NCBI GenBank assembly: GCA_040757115.1
Contig: JBFLYA010000004.1
Span: forward strand, 1-46,934
Origin: a bacterium
Lineage (GTDB): Bacteria; UBA9089; CG2-30-40-21; SBAY01
DNA length: 46,934 nucleotides
Reading direction: 5' to 3'
Shown here in pieces: positions 7,798 through 18,411 of the stretch. Position numbers and translations under genes: made by a program. Numbering within the stretch: position 1 is the first letter of the stretch; the number at the start of each line of letters is the position of its first letter. The notes under the pieces were generated by a model. It saw nothing but the letters and a program-made list of their open reading frames with translations, was not told the origin of the DNA and ran no database searches.

Positions 7798-10700
7798 TAA
7801 TCTCTCCTCCTTTTCTCTGCCTCACAGGCAGAAAGATTACAAATCTTGCTCCCTTACCAAAAATTCCTTCTTCCTTTATAATTCCTTTATGATGATTGAT
7901 AATAAGCTCTATGATAGAAAGTCCCAAACCAGTGCCATTTTTCCTTGTAGTGACTAAAGGCTCAAATATCCTTGATTTATCTTTTTCTGCCACACCTATA
8001 CCTGTATCAATAAATTCTATCATAATGTAGTCCTCTGCTTTTAAATTATAAGAATTACTTTCATTAGAAGGAATAAATTTGGTATTAATTTTGAGTTCTC
8101 TTTTCCCATCCTTCAAGTCTATTTTTGATAATAAAGTATTAAAATAATCTGGTGCCATATCCAGCATAAATTGGTCTTTTATCATCCTTCGTAATTCTTC
8201 TTCCTCTTTTTGCTCCATCTTTTGTTCCCTGATGAATCTTTTTATATTCATAAAATATTTAGCATTTTGAGCTAATTCTGAAAATGCATCCTTTAGTTTT
8301 TCTGAGTCTCCTTCTATAGAATCTAACTTCTCATCAAAATTGAAACTTATTTCTATCTGTTCATTTTCAGGAGAAGGGAATATAGCACTAACTGCTTTAT
8401 TCAAAATAGAATTTACATTTACTGAGCTAATTCTTATCTCTAAAGGCTTTGCAAACTCAGTAATTTCTCGCACAATTCTCCTTGCAGATTCAATTTCCTC
8501 TTTCATATCTTTTATCTTATTTTGAATTTCATTAAGATTATTCTTTGATGAGATTGACTTTCGTAGTTCCTCTAATGCATAAATCTTATTCCCTATCTTA
8601 TGAGCAACTCTTGCGGCAAGGTCTCGCCATTCAAAGAGTTTCCTTGCTATAAAACTTTCCCGAGTTTCGTCTAATTTTCTATTTGTCTCTCCAAGTTGAA
8701 GTTGTATCTTTTCAAATGTCTGAAGATGTAAAATAGGACTTGTTATAGGGTTTATTATTCCATTCAGAAATTCCCTATCTTCCTCAGTAAACTCATTACC
8801 TTCCTGAAATCTATTTAAGCCAATTACTCCCCACAGGTTTCCATTATCCATAATAGGAAAACCGAGATAGAATTTTTTTGGTATTACTAATTGCTGTTGT
8901 GCTGTTTCTCCTATATCCCCTTCACCAATGTTACACTTATTCTTTACTATATAATATTTATCGTAAGGTATTACATCAGATGGTGTCTTAATCTTCTCCA
9001 AAAATAATATATCGTCTTTTTTATCATAAAGATATATAGTACAAACTGCTTTGAAATAATCAGCAAGGGTAGTAGATATATCTTCCAAAAGGTCAACAAG
9101 GTTATAAGATTTTATCATTATGTTATTGAATACCTTCAACATCCTTTCTCTTTCCAACTTTTGAATAGCAATAGATATTTGACTACTGAGTATTTCTAAT
9201 GCTTGCCTATCAAGGTCAGTAATAGAATTGTTTGGATAACTATACTTTTTATCTGCTAACATTATTCCTTTTACCCTACCTGTGATAATTAAAGGGATAA
9301 TGATAAAGTCATCTGAGCTTAACTCTCCTAAGAGATTTTTCACTGCTGCAATTATATTCTCATCTATATTCCTAATATGAAGTGATTCTTTTTTAGAAAT
9401 ACATTTCTCTCTTAGCACATATGGACAGTTTTTAAGAGGAATTTCTATCTTTTTAAGTTCCTTTGTTATCTTTGTTTCTATTGGGTAATTTTTAATGCTG
9501 TTCTCCATAGAGACTCCCATTGAAATTGTCTCCTCCCATTCTTCCTCATTAATTGGTCCAATTCCTTTCTCCCCTATTAACTTTTCCTCCTTTATAAGAA
9601 AAATCATTGCTCTATTAAATCCTAATCCTTCACTATGAGTAACACCGGTTAAAAAAATATGGAGTAATTCATTCAAGTCTCTTGCATTATGTAAGTATGT
9701 AATTATGTTCTGAATTATCTTTATTTTTTCATCCCACCGAGATGCTGTGATTTTTAATTCATAGAGTTGCAAATTTAATTCATAGAGTTGCAAATTATTA
9801 AGGATACCTCCTATATGGTTACATAATTCAAGAAGAATTTCTAACTCTTCTTCAGTATAATAAGGTTCTTCTATCTTCTTCTTTAATCCTAATATCCCCA
9901 ATAACTCATCTCCATATACTATAGGCACAAATAATTCCATTTCCATCTTTTCAAGGTTTTCTTTAAAATTCTCCCATCTCTTTTTTCCGATCAACCATTT
10001 TTTAAAGGCTGGCCATCTTTCTAATCTTTCTTTTAATATCACCTTCTTCTCTTTTTTAAGCCATTCAACAATAATCTCATTTAGTCCAAATATCTCTTCC
10101 TTTACCAAAGTATCTACCCCAATACTCCAATTTACTTTATACCTACTTTCCCCCTCTTCTAATAACAGTATAACAATCTTATCCAGAGGCACTACCTGTT
10201 TAATGGTGTTTTCAATTATAACAAATAAGGCTTGTTTATTATTTACAGAAAGGGTTTTACTCTTAAAGGCTTCAATTATTTGTTCTAACTCATACCTTCG
10301 ATAGAATACCCATTTATCAATGAATCTTTTTACCTTCTCATTTTCAAGTAGTTGAAAGGCAATTGTTATTAAAATAGCAGAAACAAAAACAAGGATTATT
10401 CCCCATCCTGGAGGAATGAGGAATAATCTTCCGATGCCAATTACAAAAAAAATAATTAAAAAGGATAATAAAAGATAAATACTACCCTTTCTAACTACGA
10501 TTTCCATTAATCTATATTTAAAGATGGCATAACCGACCATCAAAGGGAAAAAGACAGCCATTAAATGTTCTATTATTAAAGCAGGGAGTTTAAAGATATA
10601 TACTAACAAAACATTAACTATCCCTCCTATCATAGCTACAACTACTCCAACACTTAATAATATTAATTTTCTCTTCTCCGCTCGTTTTTGTGTTAAAAAA

Positions 10701-11236
10701 CCTTTTCTGACCATTAATACAGTCCCATAGGCTGGAAAAATAAAAAAAACTATAAGAAAGAGGATAAGGATATATAGTGGGGCACTTACTTGGGGATAAT
10801 AGTATTCAGAAGAAGGAAAATGAACAAGGTCTACATTTATATACATTAGTCCAAGAATTGCTAAAACAACGCTGAAAATATATCCTGCTCTTGATGCCCA
10901 GCGATGAATACCTTTATAATTATTTGTAATAATTAATATAAAATGAAAAAAGGTAGAGTAGATAAATGGTATAGCTATTTTAGGGAGTGCCAAATAAAAA
11001 GTTTTGGGAAATCCAAAAGATAGAATTGCTAAAAAAGGATTAAATTCTTCTTTAGTTTCAATAAGAGAGACTCCTGCATATTCCAATCCCCAGATGCCTA
11101 AACAAAGCCCTAATCCTGCAAATACCCAATTTATAACTCTTTTAGGATTTTGAACCCACACAAAAATAGCTAATCCAAAATTGATGAAAGCGGTAAGGAA
11201 ATAAAAATTAGCGTAATGAATATTTTGTATATCCAA
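7790..11236 (-). CDS. Membrane sensor histidine kinase (multi-TM N-terminus, about three GAF domains, HisKA-HATPase)
   Basis: About nine TM segments, GAF-like blocks (GLGFNRAMIFL), H-box AARVAHKIGN, DTGIG, IFEPLVTT and GTGLGL. Confidence 0.9.
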   Translation of the reverse strand: MDIQNIHYANFYFLTAFINFGLAIFVWVQNPKRVINWVFAGLGLCLGIWGLEYAGVSLIETKEEFNPFLAILSFGFPKTFYLALPKIAIPFIYSTFFHFILIITNNYKGIHRWASRAGYIFSVVLAILGLMYINVDLVHFPSSEYYYPQVSAPLYILILFLIVFFIFPAYGTVLMVRKGFLTQKRAEKRKLILLSVGVVVAMIGGIVNVLLVYIFKLPALIIEHLMAVFFPLMVGYAIFKYRLMEIVVRKGSIYLLLSFLIIFFVIGIGRLFLIPPGWGIILVFVSAILITIAFQLLENEKVKRFIDKWVFYRRYELEQIIEAFKSKTLSVNNKQALFVIIENTIKQVVPLDKIVILLLEEGESRYKVNWSIGVDTLVKEEIFGLNEIIVEWLKKEKKVILKERLERWPAFKKWLIGKKRWENFKENLEKMEMELFVPIVYGDELLGILGLKKKIEEPYYTEEELEILLELCNHIGGILNNLQLYELNLQLYELKITASRWDEKIKIIQNIITYLHNARDLNELLHIFLTGVTHSEGLGFNRAMIFLIKEEKLIGEKGIGPINEEEWEETISMGVSMENSIKNYPIETKITKELKKIEIPLKNCPYVLREKCISKKESLHIRNIDENIIAAVKNLLGELSSDDFIIIPLIITGRVKGIMLADKKYSYPNNSITDLDRQALEILSSQISIAIQKLERERMLKVFNNIMIKSYNLVDLLEDISTTLADYFKAVCTIYLYDKKDDILFLEKIKTPSDVIPYDKYYIVKNKCNIGEGDIGETAQQQLVIPKKFYLGFPIMDNGNLWGVIGLNRFQEGNEFTEEDREFLNGIINPITSPILHLQTFEKIQLQLGETNRKLDETRESFIARKLFEWRDLAARVAHKIGNKIYALEELRKSISSKNNLNEIQNKIKDMKEEIESARRIVREITEFAKPLEIRISSVNVNSILNKAVSAIFPSPENEQIEISFNFDEKLDSIEGDSEKLKDAFSELAQNAKYFMNIKRFIREQKMEQKEEEELRRMIKDQFMLDMAPDYFNTLLSKIDLKDGKRELKINTKFIPSNESNSYNLKAEDYIMIEFIDTGIGVAEKDKSRIFEPLVTTRKNGTGLGLSIIELIINHHKGIIKEEGIFGKGARFVIFLPVRQRKGGEINV

Positions 11237-11253
11237 ATTATAGTCCCCTAAAT

Positions 11254-11413
11254 TTAACTATATGATGATGCATCAAAAGAGGTTATTCTACCTCCCCCAG
11301 ACCTACCTTCCAGAATTCCTTCCCCAAAGGTTTCTTTACCAATACCAATAGGTGAAATTATTCCTCTTCCCGTAATTACTACACGACGCTTTTTTATCAG
11401 TTTCTTCTATCAT
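11254..11413 (-). pseudogene. N-terminal fragment of a beta-ketoacyl-ACP synthase (FabF-like)
   Basis: Minus strand reads KKRRVVITGRGIISPIGIGKETFGEGILEGRSGGGRITSFDAS followed by a stop. The ATG at 11413 is out of frame by one A in an A run. Confidence 0.75.
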
Positions 11414-11601
11414 TGAAGTTCACTTATAAATTTACTAATGCTTGATATAATAGTTGACTATTCCTTTCTGCAATCTTTTTTATTTTAAGTGTATAAAAGC
11501 ATTTGGGGTTTTAAAATAAAAATAGCAGGTTAAATTTATAATGTCCTATCATAATTACATATAATTTAATTTGCCTCAAAAACTACATTTACAATATCAT
11601 A

Positions 11602-11678
11602 ATTATAAAACATATTATAAAAAAGTCAAGAAAAATTATAAAAAAATTGTTGCATAAATTGAAATTATGTTGTAAAAT
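11602..11678. promoter_or_regulatory. Divergent sigma70-type promoters
   Basis: Minus strand TTGACT-N16-TATAAT (11602-11629); plus strand TTGCAT-N17-TAAAAT (11650-11678). Confidence 0.5.
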
Positions 11679-11713
11679 ATAAAAGTTGATATTTGATGAT
11701 AGAGGAGATAAAT

Positions 11714-12361
11714 ATGGATAGGTTAGATAGAATAGAAAAAATATTGAATGAAACTACCAAAGGCTTAAAACTATTAAAAGATAGACAATTAAAGACCGAT
11801 GAGCAATTAAAAAAGACCGATGAGCAATTAAAAAAGACCGATGAGCAACAGAGAAAGACCGATGAAGAATTGCGAAAGACCGATGAACAGCAAAGAAAGA
11901 CTAATGAAGAAATATCTCGTGTATCCAGAGAAATCGGTGGAGGATTAGGGAGAATGGCGGAAGGATTAACCGCACCTTCTATCCCTAAGTTATTCGCAGA
12001 ATTAGGCATAAAAGTAAAACATGTCTTTCAAAGGGTAAGAACTATTGAGGATGGCAAATGTATTGGTGAAATAGATTTGGTCTGTCCCGCGAGAAGAAAT
12101 GGGAAAGAAGTAGTATTACTTGGAGAGGTAAAGGCACATCTTACCTCAACCGATATAAAAGACTTTTTGCCTTCTATTGAGCATTTCAAAGAATACTTTC
12201 CTGAATATAAAGAAGCAGAAATTATCACTTTGGTCTCGGGTATGTATGTGGCTGAAGAGGCAAAAAGATTTGCTTATAAAAAGGGGTGTTATATCCTTGC
12301 TCCAGCAGAGGATACAATGCAAATTCTAAATCCTAAGGATTTTAAACCAAAAGTATATTAA
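11714..12361 (+). CDS. Coiled-coil repeat protein with a C-terminal PD-(D/E)XK-like domain (DUF3782-like)
   Basis: KTDEQLK heptads, then G...E...GEIDLV...GEVK. RBS GAGGAG before ATG 11714. Confidence 0.8.
   Translation: MDRLDRIEKILNETTKGLKLLKDRQLKTDEQLKKTDEQLKKTDEQQRKTDEELRKTDEQQRKTNEEISRVSREIGGGLGRMAEGLTAPSIPKLFAELGIKVKHVFQRVRTIEDGKCIGEIDLVCPARRNGKEVVLLGEVKAHLTSTDIKDFLPSIEHFKEYFPEYKEAEIITLVSGMYVAEEAKRFAYKKGCYILAPAEDTMQILNPKDFKPKVY
11791..11916 (+). repeat. In-frame 21-bp tandem repeat, about six units
   Basis: AAAGACCGATGAGCAATTAAA-type units. Confidence 0.9.
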
Positions 12362-12394
12362 CTAATGAAATACTTACAAAGAGGAGGTTTTTAA

Positions 12395-13396
<1,002 letters not shown>

Positions 13397-13417
13397 ACAA
13401 ATTTAAGGAGGACAAAT

Positions 13418-14617
13418 ATGGATTTTAATAAATTAACTATTGAGGATGTGGAGATAAAAGGAAAACGCGTATTAATTCGTGTGGATTTTAATGTACCTTT
13501 AGATAATGGAGGGAATATTAGTGATGATACAAAGATAACCGCTTATCTACCCACAATAAATTATGCCTTATCCCACGAGGCAAAAGTTATCCTGATGTCG
13601 CATTTAGGCAGACCTAAAGGAAAGGTGGTGGAAAAATTAAGTCTGGCACCTGTAGCTTCAAGATTGAGTGAACTACTTAAAATAAAGATCAATTTTGTAA
13701 ATGAATGTCTAGGAGAAAAAGTAAGAGAGGTGGTGATGGCGATGCACCCCAAAGAGATAGTTCTTTTAGAAAATTTGAGGTTTCATCCAGAGGAAGAAAC
13801 AAACGACCCAAATTTTGCAAAAGAATTAGCCTCTCTGGGTGAAGTATATGTTGATGATGCCTTTAGTGCCGTCCATCGTGCCCATGCATCTATTTCTGCT
13901 ATTACTCAATATTTCCCACAAGCGGTAAGTGGATTTTTGCTAAAAAACGAGATAGAATATCTAAGTCGTGTTTTCCTTCATCCAGATAGACCAATTTGTA
14001 TTGTTCTTGGTGGTGCAAAGGTATCCTCTAAAATTGGCGTTATTGATAATCTTCTGAATAAAATTGATAAATTAATTATTGGCGGCGGTATGGCATATAC
14101 CTTTTTAGCCGCTCAAGGTAAAAAGGTTGGAAATTCACTATTAGAAAAGGATAGAATCGAAGATGTAAATAGGATTCTAACAGATGCCACGAAATACAGG
14201 GTAGAAATTCTGCTTCCATCTGATAACCTCATAGCCGATGCGATTAAAGAAGAGGCAAATACCCAAATAGTAAATTTGGAAGATGGTATTCCTGATGGCT
14301 GGATGGGAGTGGATATAGGGCCACAAACTATGGAAAAGTTTGCTAATGCCTTGAAAGGGGCAAAAACTATATTCTGGAATGGGCCAATGGGTGTTTTTGA
14401 GATTGATAAATTTAATACTGGAAGTGCTACTATCGGAAAGGCAATTGTAGATACAGGTGCACTGACTATTGCCGGCGGCGGTGATACAGATGCGGTCATC
14501 GACAAATTAGGATTAATGAATCAAATAACACATATTTCTACTGGTGGCGGTGCCTGTCTGGAATTCCTTGAAGGTAAAGAGTTACCCGGAGTTAAAGTAT
14601 TGACAAATAAAGAATAG
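13418..14617 (+). CDS. pgk: Phosphoglycerate kinase
   Basis: RVDFNVP, SHLGRP, LENLRF, WNGPMGVFE and HISTGGGA. Confidence 0.98.
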   Translation: MDFNKLTIEDVEIKGKRVLIRVDFNVPLDNGGNISDDTKITAYLPTINYALSHEAKVILMSHLGRPKGKVVEKLSLAPVASRLSELLKIKINFVNECLGEKVREVVMAMHPKEIVLLENLRFHPEEETNDPNFAKELASLGEVYVDDAFSAVHRAHASISAITQYFPQAVSGFLLKNEIEYLSRVFLHPDRPICIVLGGAKVSSKIGVIDNLLNKIDKLIIGGGMAYTFLAAQGKKVGNSLLEKDRIEDVNRILTDATKYRVEILLPSDNLIADAIKEEANTQIVNLEDGIPDGWMGVDIGPQTMEKFANALKGAKTIFWNGPMGVFEIDKFNTGSATIGKAIVDTGALTIAGGGDTDAVIDKLGLMNQITHISTGGGACLEFLEGKELPGVKVLTNKE

Positions 14618-14628
14618 AGGTAAAATCA

Positions 14629-15393
14629 ATGCGAAGACCAATTATTGCGGCAAATTGGAAGATGAATAAAACAACTAAAAAGGCAATCCAATTTGTGACT
14701 GAGTTAAAGGAACAATTAGCTAATTATACAGGTGTTGAAGTGGTTGTATGTCCTCCTTTTACAGCTTTAAGTGGAGTAAAGGAAGTCTTGCAGGATAGTA
14801 AAATAGTTATTGGCGCCCAGAATATGTATCCAGAACCAGCAGGGGCAGTTACCGGTGAAATATCCCCTTTAATGTTGATTGATGTTGATTGTGAGTATGT
14901 AATTATTGGTCATTCTGAAAGACGAATACTATTTAATGAGACGGACGAAATAATTAATAAGAAACTTAAAGTCGCTTCTACTTATAGACTTAGACCTATA
15001 CTGTGCATTGGAGAACACATCGAGGAAAGAGATGCGGGTAAAACTGAAAAGGTAGTCTATCAGCAATTGATTAACGGATTGGCGGATATAGGTAAAGATG
15101 ATATTTTAAAAATGGTCATTGCTTATGAACCAATCTGGGCAATTGGCACGGGTAGAACCTCTACTCCAGAGGATGCCAATGCTATTCATAAATTTATTCG
15201 TCAGACTTTAAACGATATTTATGATGAAAAAGTTGCTTCAAAAATCAGGATTCAATACGGTGGTAGTGTTAGACCGGATAATATCGATGCCTTGATGTCC
15301 CAATCTGATATTGATGGGGTCTTGGTCGGTGGGGCAAGTTTAGATGTGCGGTCTTTTGTTAGAATTGTGAAGTTTAAAAGAGAGATTGTGTGA
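14629..15393 (+). CDS. tpiA: Triosephosphate isomerase
   Basis: ANWKMNK, GHSERR, AYEPIWAIGTG and YGGSV. Confidence 0.98.
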   Translation: MRRPIIAANWKMNKTTKKAIQFVTELKEQLANYTGVEVVVCPPFTALSGVKEVLQDSKIVIGAQNMYPEPAGAVTGEISPLMLIDVDCEYVIIGHSERRILFNETDEIINKKLKVASTYRLRPILCIGEHIEERDAGKTEKVVYQQLINGLADIGKDDILKMVIAYEPIWAIGTGRTSTPEDANAIHKFIRQTLNDIYDEKVASKIRIQYGGSVRPDNIDALMSQSDIDGVLVGGASLDVRSFVRIVKFKREIV

Positions 15394-15407
15394 ATCGTAA
15401 CATTTTA

Positions 15408-15600
15408 GTAACTATTCACCGCAGAGACGCGGAGACACAGAGAAAAAATTAAAATCTATTGGCTATACACTTAATTCCATTTCTAATAGACCTGGACCTA
15501 ATGTCTTATGTATTTCAATTACTGCACCAATATTTTTTCTGTTATCTGATTTATTTCCATGTTTTCTCTGTTCCTCTGCGTCTCTGCGGTGAATAGTTAC
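15408..15600. mobile_element. 193-bp MITE with GTAA ends and an 8-bp TSD, carrying a deleted GxxExxY gene
   Basis: TIRs GTAACTATTCACCGCAGAGACGC...GCGTCTCTGCGGTGAATAGTTAC; ACATTTTA on both sides (15400-15407 and 15601-15608). Confidence 0.88.
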
Positions 15601-15646
15601 ACATTTTACCCAAAATCTTTATTAAAGACTTAAGGAGGTAAAAATA

Positions 15647-16399
15647 ATGTCTGGACATTCAAAATGGGCTGGAATTAAACATCGTAAGGGCGCATTAGAC
15701 GCTCAACGAGGTAAGATTTTCTCTAAATTAATTCGCGAAATCACCGTTGCCGCAAGAAGTGGTGGAGGTAATCCAGAAAATAATGCTCGACTTCGTATGG
15801 TTTTAGAAAAGGCAAAAGGTGAAAATATGCCTGCGGATAATATTAAACGCGCCATTCAACGAGGCACAGGTGAATTACCAGGAATAGTTGTTGAAGAGGT
15901 AACCTATGAAGGTTATGGACCCGGTGGGGTGGCAATGTTAGTCGAGGCAATGACGGATAATAAAAATAGAACTACCTCTGAAATAAGAAGAATTTTTTCA
16001 CGAGGTGGCGGAAATATGGGTGAATCAGGCTGTGTCTCCTGGATGTTCCATAAAAAAGGTTGTCTATCGGTTGATAAAAAGGAGATAGGCGAAGATGAAT
16101 TGTTAGAGATGATTATGGAAGCAGGGGTAGAAGATATGAAATTGGAAGATGAGGTCTATGAAATTACTACTGACCCACAAAGTTTTGAAGAAGTGAAAAA
16201 CATCTTAACTAAAAATGGTCTTAAATTAAAATTCGCTGAGATTTCAATGGAACCCCAAAGCTATATTAAGATTGACGCAAATACGGCTCGAAGTGTCTTA
16301 AAACTGATTGAAGCATTAGAAGAAGACGAGGATGTTCAAGAGGTTTATTCTAATTCTGATATTCCAGATGAAGTTATGCAAGAATTACAACAAGGATAA
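15647..16399 (+). CDS. yebC: YebC/PmpR family protein
   Basis: MSGHSKWAGIKHRK, YEGYGPGG and TDNKNRT. Confidence 0.96.
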   Translation: MSGHSKWAGIKHRKGALDAQRGKIFSKLIREITVAARSGGGNPENNARLRMVLEKAKGENMPADNIKRAIQRGTGELPGIVVEEVTYEGYGPGGVAMLVEAMTDNKNRTTSEIRRIFSRGGGNMGESGCVSWMFHKKGCLSVDKKEIGEDELLEMIMEAGVEDMKLEDEVYEITTDPQSFEEVKNILTKNGLKLKFAEISMEPQSYIKIDANTARSVLKLIEALEEDEDVQEVYSNSDIPDEVMQELQQG

Positions 16400-16440
16400 A
16401 AGGGTGAGAATGAGAAACACTCAAACCTTAATCTCAAAAT

Positions 16441-16968
16441 ATGATTGTATTAGGCATTGACCCGGGATTAGCCACAACAGGCTACGGAATAATTAAAGAC
16501 AATGAAAAGTTAGAACTGATTCATTATGGTTCTATAGAAACGAAGGCAAATCAACCTTTCATAATACGCTTACAGATGATATACAAGGAGATGAAAAAAC
16601 TCCTGCGGCTATACAAACCGGATGTAGTTGTTATTGAAGAGATATTTTTCTGCAAAAATGTAAAAACTGCTTTACAAATTGGACATGTTCGAGGTGTAAT
16701 AATGTTAGCCGCGATTGAGGCGAATAGTGAAATAGCAGAATACACCCCACTTCAAGTCAAGCAAGCACTTACCGGCTTTGGCAGAGCACAGAAAAAACAA
16801 ATTCAGCAGATGGTTAAAATATTATTAAACTTAAAAACTATCCCAAAACCTGACGATGCCGCAGACGCATTAGCAGTAGCAATATGCCATATTCATTCCT
16901 CAAAAGTAAGCGTTCAGGCTGTAAGTAAGGGAAAATGGAAAAGTAGGGAAAAAGGGGGAAAATATTAA
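16441..16968 (+). CDS. ruvC: Holliday junction resolvase RuvC; the residues after base 16905 come from an inserted element
   Basis: ILGIDPG-like start, E in VIEEIFF and PDDAADALAVAICH. Confidence 0.95.
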   Translation: MIVLGIDPGLATTGYGIIKDNEKLELIHYGSIETKANQPFIIRLQMIYKEMKKLLRLYKPDVVVIEEIFFCKNVKTALQIGHVRGVIMLAAIEANSEIAEYTPLQVKQALTGFGRAQKKQIQQMVKILLNLKTIPKPDDAADALAVAICHIHSSKVSVQAVSKGKWKSREKGGKY

Positions 16969-17236
16969 AGAATTTCATTTCAAATTTTTGGAGTCCTCAA
17001 TTCCTGAAGCTGTCAGGAACAGGTTTATTGAAGATTGTGTGCTTTGTCAGTATCACAGAAACGAAGATCAAGCGAAGCGTCTAAATCTGGGACTCCGTTA
17101 AAAAAAAGGAACTTATTTTTGCAAAAACTATAATGCGGGAACGAGCAGAACAACTTTTAAATTCCTATACATAAGAATAAATTCCCCATTTTTCCATTAT
17201 TTCCCCTTTTCCCTTCATTACACTCTGAACGGTTAC
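16906..17236. mobile_element. GTAA-ended MITE-like element without a matching TSD
   Basis: GTAAGCGTTCAG...CTGAACGGTTAC; flanks CCTCAAAA and GACACCAG differ. Confidence 0.75.
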
Positions 17237-17665
17237 GACACCAGCACTTGACCACTCATATTCCCACGCTGATTCTACCATCTTTACCCTGACTGGATTT
17301 AATTCTACATACCTCACCGCTGATAAAAGATGCTGCCCATCCATCGGAAATGAGGCAAAACGCCCCTGCCATAAATATCCTCGCCACCCTTCGCGCAAGT
17401 TTATCATCCGGCTGTAGCGACGATGTGTCTCTCCTATGCCTCGAGCAAAACTTTCTTCTATCTTCGGTACCGCAATCAAATGAACATGATTCGGCATCAA
17501 ACAATACGCCCAAATCTCTATACCACTTCGATTGCACCATTCTCCCCGCAATTCAATATAATATTCATAATCTTCTCGATAAAAGAAAACCTGTTGCCCC
17601 CGATTACCTCGCTGGGTAATGTGATGTGGTACCCCTAAAACAGCAACTCTTGCTATCCGTGCCAT
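17237..17665 (-). pseudogene. REP-associated tyrosine transposase (RAYT, Y1 HUH), 3'-truncated by the MITE
   Basis: MARIAR...HHITQRGN, CLMPNHVHLI, WQGRF, YVELNPVR and WSSA, after which the frame enters the MITE end. Confidence 0.85.
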
Positions 17666-17891
17666 AAAAATATTATACCAAAATAACACATTACTGGCAA
17701 CTTAAAATTTAGTATTGTGTCCCCGGAATTGTCGTTTATTTTTGAAAGAACTTGTAAAAGCATTCAATATCTGGTGAAAACTTGCCGATAAATATAATAG
17801 GTTCATCTCTTCTCCTCCCATTATAGATTTAAATTCTTTCTTATTATCTTTAATCGGCTGGAGAAGAGATTTTTTTAGCTCTTTCTGAAAA

Positions 17892-18299
17892 ATGACGAAA
17901 CTATAGTTGTTTATGTGATGAAATTTTAAAAGCACTGGCGGTAAAAGATGATCCTCAAACACAAATGACCACGGCTGAAGTCATGACCACCGCCATAGTA
18001 GCAACTACTTTCTTTGCTGGAAATATCCAAACAAGCATGGACTTTCTTAAAGAGTATCATTATCTTCCAAATATGCTTAGCAAAAGTCGTCTAAACCATC
18101 GCCTCCAGGCTATCCCTAAGGATATTTGGAAAAGTTTTCCACCTGTGCAATTAGAAATAAAGGGATAATATTTTGGGGACGCAACATCTTCCTTAATTTT
18201 CTACCTGCACAGGTCGAAAGTTTTTTCCAAATACTTGCCGAGATTAACAAAAGTTCAAGTTCCACTCAATCAAATGAATATATCATTAGCACTTATTAA
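17892..18299 (+). pseudogene. IS982-family transposase remnant
   Basis: DDPQTQMTTAEVMTTAIVA...GN...PNMLSKSRLNHRL. The frame continues as FFQILAEI...NEYII once the 78-bp insert and one TSD copy are removed. Confidence 0.7.
18139..18216. mobile_element. 78-bp mini-MITE with an 8-bp TSD
   Basis: CCACCTGTGCA...TGCACAGGTCG flanked by AAAGTTTT at 18131-18138 and 18217-18224. Confidence 0.8.
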
Positions 18300-18411
18300 C
18301 CAAAAACTTTACTTAGAATGGATAAAAGTCGACAACTACCATAGTGAATTAGGGGGTAGCGTGAGATTGAAACGCAGACTAAAGTCTGCGACTACCAATT
18401 ACTCCTTATTT

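Noticed and set aside
11791-11916. Possible CRISPR array
   Set aside because: The units are contiguous in-frame 21-mers without unique spacers, and there are no cas genes.
17702-17962. 86-aa ORF, and also 18235-18456, 35949-36131 and 37247-37535
   Set aside because: They lie across IS, REP or MITE debris with no coherent protein signal.
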